From NCBI GenBank assembly GCA_964016885.1, contig OZ024752.1, forward strand, positions 4,340,001-4,404,000: DNA of 64,000 bases, written 5' to 3'. Shown here one piece after another: positions 56,171 through 64,000 of this stretch. Within the stretch, counting starts at the first letter, position 1, and each line of letters begins with the position of its first letter. Source of the stretch: Eledone cirrhosa. Taxonomy: Eukaryota. The notes below the pieces were generated by a model. It was not told where the DNA came from and did no database searches. It saw only the letters and a program-made list of their open reading frames with translations. The translations under genes and the position numbers were made by a program.

Positions 56171-56794
56171 TGCGCAGATATAGATGCACATTCACTCACA
56201 TATCGATATTTAAATTGGTCTATAGCTAATGAAAATAAATCAATCAAATACCTTACACACACACACACACACACATCTATTTGCCAGTAGATGGAGAGAA
56301 GCGTTTGTGTCGGACGAAATGTCCATCCTCTATTTAGTTATGACCCTTTATGTTCTGAGTTCAAATCCCGCCGACCTTAGCTTTTCCTTTCATCTTTATG
56401 GGGTCGATAAAATAAAGTACCAGGTACGTACTGGAGTCGATGTAATGACTTTTCCATTCCCATCAATTGCTTTAATAATTTTTAAGATGGCCCAAGATCA
56501 CAATTTTGTGAAAAGTAACTTTAAGTAATTGACTGACACTTTATTGAGCCCTTTCTTTTACACGTGAATACAGAGCCCTATTATAAATCTGACTTGGCTC
56601 AGGGATCTCACAGGGACTGAAGCCCATTAATTTATTTTATTATATTTACTTTGTTACTGTAGTGGGGTGAAACATTGGAGTAATTAAAGGGGCTTCAAAA
56701 ATGTCCGCCAAAGCGTCAGTCATGGGTTAATACGGTTCTGGATGGTAACATTTGTTGGGACTTGAACTAAAGATATAAAAACATAAAACTTAGT

Positions 56795-58655
56795 CTACAC
56801 CACATACAGCCTACCATACCTACTACACCACACCACACTACACCACATACAGCCTACCATACCTACTACACTACACCACACCACACCACACTACACCACA
56901 TACAACTTCCCATACCTACTACACCACACTACACCACATACAGCCTACCATACCTACTACACCACACCACACCACACCACACTACACCACATACAGCCTA
57001 CCATACCTACTACACCACATACAGCCTACCATACCTACTACACTACACTACACCACACCACACTACACCACATACAGCCTACCATACCTACTACACCACA
57101 TACAGCCTACCATACCTACTACACTACACTACACCACACCACACTACACCACATACAGCCTACCATACCTACTACACTACACTACACCACACCACACTAC
57201 ACCACATACAGCCTACCATACCTACTACACCACACCACACTACACCACATACAGCCTACCATACCTACTACACCACATACAGCCTACCATACCTACTACA
57301 CCACACCACACTACACCACATACAGCCTACCATACCTACTACACCACATACAGCCTACCATACCTACTACACTACACTACACCACACCACACTACACCAC
57401 ATACAGCCTACCATACCTACTACACCACACTACACCACACCACACTACACCACATACAGCCTACCATACCTACTACACCACACTACACCACACCACACTA
57501 CACCACATACAGCCTACCATACCTACTACACTACACTACACCACACCACACTACACCACATACAGCCTACCATACCTACTACACTACACTACACCACACC
57601 ACACTACACCACATACAGCCTACCATACCTACTACACTACACTACACCACACCACACTACACCACATACAGCCTACCATACCTACTACACCACACTACAC
57701 CACACCACACTACACCACATACAGCCTACCATACCTACTACACCACACTACACCACACCACACTACACCACATACAGCCTACCATACCTACTACACCACA
57801 CTACACTATACCACACTACACTATACCACACTACACTACACTACACCACACTACACCACACTACACTATACCACACTACACCACACTACACCACACTATA
57901 CCACACTACACCACACCACACCACACCACACCACACCACACCACACCACACTACACTATACTACACAATACTACACAACACCACACTACACTACACTACA
58001 CCACAATATACCACACTACACCACACTACACCACACTACACCACACTATACCACACTACACCACACCACACCACACCACACCACACCACACTACACTATA
58101 CTACACCACACTACACCACAATATACCACACTACACCACACTATACCACACTACACTACATCACACCACACTACATCACACCACACCACACCACACCATA
58201 CCACACTACACTATACTACACCACACCACACCATACCATACTACACCACACTACACGACACTACACGACACTACACTACACTACACTACACTACACTACA
58301 CTACACTACACTACACTACACTACACTACACTACACTACACTACACTACACTACACTACACTACACTACACTACACTACACTACACTACACTACACTACA
58401 CTACACTACACTACACTACACTACACTACACTACACTACACTACACTACACTACACTACACTACACTACACTACACTACACTACACTACACTACACTACA
58501 CTACACTACACTACACTACACTACACTACACTACACTACACTACACTACACTACACTACACCACACCACACCACACCACACCACACCACACCACACCACA
58601 CCACACTACACTACACCATACCACCACCACACCACACCACACCACCACCACCATA
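56795..58655 (+). repeat. Composite satellite grading into (CTACA/CCACA)n pentamers
   Basis: CATACAGCCTACCATACCTACTA plus variable pentamers to about 57790, then pentamers only. Confidence 0.95.
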
Positions 58656-59728
58656 CAGTCTATAAGTGTTAAAGCGAAGTCTAGTTCAGAGTTTCACAAC
58701 ATTTTGTGTCCCGTTTACTCTCATCCAACCTTTTCAAAGTAATGGGGGTTAACTGTGTTTTCCCCCATTTCTTCCTCTTTTTACTCTTTATCTTTCTATC
58801 TTATCTTTTATTTCTAACTCTATCTTCTGATGAAGGACTAGTGTCTAAAATGTTAAGACTCTTTTCTTGTTATTTCAAGCGTTAAACTAATATATTTATT
58901 CAATGTACTGTGTCGTTTGATATGTTATTTACTTTTTACATACGGAAATTTACCTCTACCCTGTTTTGTTCAGTAATTTGAGTTTACATCTCTAATACAT
59001 ATATTGCAGCAAACCACTTGAGGGGAAACCCACCCTGGGTCTATCATATTAACTTGTTTGTTTTTAAATGTTTAATATTTATTTTAAAAACTTTCATTAA
59101 AGTCAGAACCTTCGTTATGTCCCAAACACTTAATCAATAACGAGAACGTTATTTATTTAACTAAATCTTTCCAAACTCTTTAGTATTTTCAAAATCATTT
59201 CCAAATTATAGACAGTGTCTTTCATTAGAAATATGGTAATGAAAGGGTTGATGTTACCATTTGTCCTTAGTATGTAAAATAATGGTTTCTGATTTAGACA
59301 CAAGGCCAACAATTTTGGGGAGAGGGGAAAGTCGATAAATCGGCCCCAGTGTATTACTGGTACTTTATTTTATCGACCCCGTACAGATGAAAGACAAAAC
59401 TAACTTTGTTACAAGTAAAATGCTAATAAATAAACAACGTATAAGCAGGTACCTTTAATTCTAATTCCTTTTCATTTTCTTGCCTGCGATTTTATATACC
59501 TAAAACAAAAGATCTCATGTTTTAGGTTCAAATGCAATACTAGTATAGAATATCGTTATTTCATTTATGAACAATTAATAATGAACAGATTCTTCAATGA
59601 GATGCCGTTAATTAAAAATAGTAATAAAGTATCTTAATAATCAAAATATGTTTACTTCAACATTCTTTCTCAGCTTCAGGGCATAACTATAGTTTAGTGG
59701 CCTCACTTTGTTTCCTAATAACTTTCTT

Positions 59729-59920
59729 AATAATTGTTTCTACTTTTGGCACAAGGCCAGCAATTACCCAGTGTATTACTGGTGCTTTATTTTATCGACC
59801 CCGTAAGGGTGAAAGGCAAAGTTAACCTCGGCGGGATTTGAACTCAGACTATAAAGAGCCGTAACTCTTTGCTGCAAAGCATGGCGTCCGACCCTCTACC
59901 GATACTGCCAATCCACCACC
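59729..59920 (-). mobile_element. SINE family 1, full-length
   Basis: Reverse complement of consensus; others at 56285-56470, 59280-59410, 63100-63292, 63520-63680, 63758-63938. Confidence 0.8.
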
Positions 59921-60309
59921 AATAACTTTTCTTAATAATGCATATTTTTAAATGAAATTTTGCAGATACATTGTCTATGATTCAGATTGCGATTATGTTG
60001 ATTTTTTTCTTTTTTCTTTTTTTTTCTTAAAGTTAATAATTTTTTTTTTTTTTTCAATAGTTGCGTTTGTTAATGGTTTCATCTACTGTATACTTTCGAT
60101 TTGTGTTTTCAGTAGACTAAACGTAAACTTGGAAATTTTTTCATTATGCCTTGCAATTTCATGTTCATAATAATATCAATCAGAATAATGGCATAGATTT
60201 TCTACAGAAACGGGATGTCATTTCTGCAACTAGAAACTGCAAAGGAATTATATTAAATTAAAAAAACCCCAAAAACTTTTTAAGATTTCCTCAATATAAT
60301 CATAATCTA

Positions 60310-60799
60310 CAGGGTGATTGAAAAGTAACACCCTATTGAATGCCGAAAGATACTTCACCATGCCGTAAGATGAAATCTGACCAGTTATCATTACTTGGGA
60401 GAATATTGAAGATTTAATTTTGGTATTGTTGTTCGTGAATGGTTGAATGCCCACTTCCCTGGGAGATGGATGGGTTGTTGTGGTCTGCCTGAGTGGCCAG
60501 CCAGAAGCCCCTGACTTAATACCCTGCAACCTTTTTCTTTGGGGTTGGTTAAAGGAAAAAGTCTACTCGGGTGAATATGAGAAGTTATGTCTTCCATCCC
60601 ACAAGAGTTCCCGGTGAAATCAGTTGATGTCGTTCCCGGGTGGCTTGAGAAGCTGGTGGCAAATGCTGGTGCCCATATCGAATTTTAAATAAAACTCCAT
60701 GCTATACACTTTCTTCCCATATTTATTTCTTGTAAAAATTATAGTTAAGAAATAAATTATAAGAATTTTAAAATAGGGAGTTACTTTTCAATCACCCTC
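60310..60799 (+). mobile_element. Internally deleted IS630-Tc1-mariner transposon
   Basis: TIR CAGGGTGATTGAAAAGTAAC/GTTACTTTTCAATCACCCT; remnant VREWLNAHFPGRW...WPARSPDLIPCNLFLWGWLKEKVY. Confidence 0.85.
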
Positions 60800-61199
60800 T
60801 GTGCCACCCCTCGAAAGTATATCTGCAAATTTTTTTAAAAAGATATGCATTAAAAAGCCGGAGCAGGATAGTAAACTGTAATTATGTTAGCTTCGTATTT
60901 TAACATAGTATTGTTAATTTATTTCATGAAAAAACATTGAAATTATATATAAATGAAAATAAATGAGCAGTATCTAATAAACTATTAAAATAACATTACA
61001 AATGCATAAATAACGTTTACGCAATTTGTTCAGAAGAGCATTATAAATATAATGTTGATAAACACAAATATAAACATATAAAAGAGAGAAAAGAAAAGGG
61101 GTGAAACAAAAACAAAAACAACCGACAATTCACCATCAAATGTGACAATCGGCTGCACATCACATCATAAGGGTTAACTAAATACTTTGAGGCAAGCAT

Positions 61200-61725
61200 T
61201 ACCACAGGTGTTGGTGCTGAAACAACCAGGCTCCCTCACGGGCATCACCTGATACCTTAGTAAAGGCGAGTCGCCAGCGATGACAGGAACTTCGTTGTCA
61301 GAGGTCCAACTCCACCCAGCGTCTGGAACGCAACAGGCTCTGTTTTTAATAGTAACAACATCCTTGAAATTTGGACTTGAAGTCTACTTATTCCTGAGTG
61401 GGTCATGGGGGAAGAATCTTCAAACCCTCCTTCCAGCGGTTCCTTTCAGAAGCAACCGTCTCCAATTGACCCGGCTAGATTTCCTAGTGAGACCAGCCAA
61501 GCTCGTGGATGTCATCCAAACACCTTGTTCGGGGTCTACTCCTGGGTTTCCTGCCTGTTGGTTTTGCCCATAAAATCTGTCCAGCGATCCTTTCCTGAGA
61601 CATTCTAACCACATACCCATAGTATCGGAGCTGTGTTCTCTCAATTTGGAGAAGTAGCAGCTCTACCTGGAGTGACTCTCAACTCCGAGCTACATACTCT
61701 ATCGAGTAACGTTACACCAGAAACC
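61200..61725 (-). mobile_element. Old 3' fragment of another RTE LINE
   Basis: QLRYYGYVVRMSQERIAGQILWAKPTGRKPRSRPRTR with stops. Confidence 0.75.
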
Positions 61726-62286
61726 TTGTTATTTATATAGGAATGTGTGTATATGTTTCCTTTCTCAACCTATTAATGCTTATGGAAGTAAATCTCTTCC
61801 ACACGCCACTAGAAATACATTTAATTTTAAGATTTCTATTATATTTTAGTAATCAATACTTCCGATTCCCGGCCCTGGCTTTGCGTTGTGTTCTTGAGCA
61901 AGACACTTTATTTCACATTGCTCCAGTTCACTCAGCTGTAGAAGTGAGTAGCAACGGTTTGAAGTAAAAGTTCTTTTTCTAAGTACATTTCTCTCTTTCT
62001 CCTTGCCTGTCACTCTCTTCCCCCCTCTCTCTGTCTCTCTTTGATGTCCACTCCAGACTGGTTGACTACAATGACAACACAATAACTTCTATTCTAAATC
62101 TCTTGGTCAAATACACATACTCAGACTCACTGGCTTTTGATGGACGCTCACACACACAGACATATATATACACACATACACACATTGGCTTTTGATGTTG
62201 GCTCATACAGACACTGGTAAACTTTTCATAAAGATAAACACACGTGCACACAGGCTCTCCCCTCCAAAATCACACATGGAGACATT

Positions 62287-62333
<47 letters not shown>

Positions 62334-62540
62334 GGCTAACCCCTTCACAAACACAGGCATACACATACACTGGCAGACTTTGCAAAAAGACAGGCACACA
62401 CACACACACATACTGTTACTCCCTTTTACAAACACACACACACACATTGGCTCTCTCTTTTACAAACACATGCACCCACACTAGCCCACTCCTCCCACAC
62501 TCGTAATGGCTCTCTCCTTCATGAAAACACACACACATAC

Positions 62541-62673
62541 ACTGGCTCCCCCTCTCTCCCTCCACACACATATACACTGGCTCCCCCTCTCTCCCTCCAC
62601 ACACATATACACTGGCTCCCCCCTCTCCCTCCACACACATATACACTGGCTCCCCCTCTCTCCCTCCACACAC
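62541..62673 (+). repeat. 35-bp tandem repeat, ~4 copies
   Basis: ACTGGCTCCCCCTCTCTCCCTCCACACACATATAC. Confidence 0.8.
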
Positions 62674-63298
62674 ATTCACAAGATAATTATCAATATTAAT
62701 AGAAATCAGCATAAATAAATAAGACAAAATAAATAAATAAATAGTTTTTCAAGCCAGAGTTGTCTCATCTAAGATTTCCATCACATGGTTGTCATGTGAG
62801 GGTGAGTTTGAGGGCAGTATTTTGTTAAACTGCACTGCTTCATCCCTCTCTCTTTCACTCACTCTCTTACCCTCTCTCTCTCTCTCTCTGTCTATTTATC
62901 TCTTTCTATATATATATATATCTTTCCCTTCCCCCCTCTCCTTCTATATATATATATATTTCCCCCCCCTCTTCCCGTTCTCTCTTTTGCACCCTCTCTT
63001 CTCTTTTGTCTGCTCTCCCCCCTCTCTCCCAGTGTCATGGTTGTGAAGCCTGTTCTAATTGAAATAATCAATACACCTGATTCAAAATATATTAAATTAA
63101 TAATGATTTCTGATTTTGGTGCAAGGCCAGCAATTTATGGGAAGGTGGGGAAATTTGATTATATCGACCCCGGAAGGGTGAAAGGCAAAGCTAACCCTAA
63201 GCAGGGTTTCAATCCAGAACATAAAGAAGGGCCATAATTAAATGTTACAAAGTATTTTGTTTGATACTCTGATGATTCTACCAACCCACCACCTTTAA

Positions 63299-63518
63299 CC
63301 CTTTACCATTTACATTACTCTATATTTACTATTGTATTTTCACGGTAAAGGCTTTAACTCACATAATATCTCACATAATATTGAATCTACAAGATTTTGA
63401 TATTATTTATCTTGAGAACAATACCTTAACATAAGTATGAGCTGCCGGTTATAGCCAGTTTGAATAGAAAGAGGTGAGAGAATTCTGTCTGGATACAGCT
63501 GGTTTAAATGCTAAATGG
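63299..63518. mobile_element. TTAA-flanked MITE, reverse orientation
   Basis: Same family as 3826-4035. Confidence 0.7.
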
Positions 63519-64000
63519 TTAATTGTTTGAAATGTAGGCACAAGGCCAGAAGTTTTGTGGGAAGAGGAAAGTTGATTAGATTAACCTCAGTATTTCACTG
63601 GTACTTTATTTTATTGATGAGAGAAAAATGAAAGGTAAATTTGTCCATGGCAGGATTTGAAGTCAGAATATATGAGGGAAAATACAGGGAAGAAATACAA
63701 ACACATTTGGGAATGTACATTGAATAGAAAGGGGAAAATCAGTAGTAATAATATATATAATCGTTTCTACTTTTGGCACAAGGCCAGCAATTACTCCAGT
63801 GCATTACTGGTACTTTATTTTATCGACCCCCGTAAGGATGAAAGGCAAAGTTAACCTCAGCGGGATTTGAGCTTGAACCGTAAAGGGACGTAATTATGCT
63901 GCAAAGCATGGTGTCTTACCCTCTACCGATACTGCCAATGGAATAACTATAATAAGATGAAGGATCCCCCAAAACGGAGGAGGGGGTACAACTACACACA

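Overview
Eukaryotic (animal) genomic DNA, very AT-rich and almost entirely repetitive. The repeat content (long (AT)n tracts, RTE-clade LINEs ending in (GAT)n, abundant tRNA-derived SINEs) suggests an octopod cephalopod; this is inference. No complete host gene is visible, and most ORFs in the track are microsatellite translations. The window holds: (i) many 5'-truncated RTE LINE copies from several families, nearly all inside (AT)n tracts, whose RT carries a PHD-type C4HC3 finger; (ii) about 16 minimal type I hammerhead ribozyme motifs (about 12 with intact cores, about 8 sequence families) in Penelope-like fragments, several in long fold-back palindromes or a retrozyme-like partial tandem, plus a decayed Penelope GIY-YIG ORF; (iii) a ~600-nt structured non-coding, tail-less element in two related families that also sits in (AT)n, one copy abutting a 5.5-kb TGTATAGTG(TA)n array; (iv) an isolated C2H2 zinc-finger mini-ORF/exon; (v) SINEs, Tc1/mariner, hAT and TTAA MITEs, and several mini/microsatellites. 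All coordinates and folds were read by eye; no searches were run.
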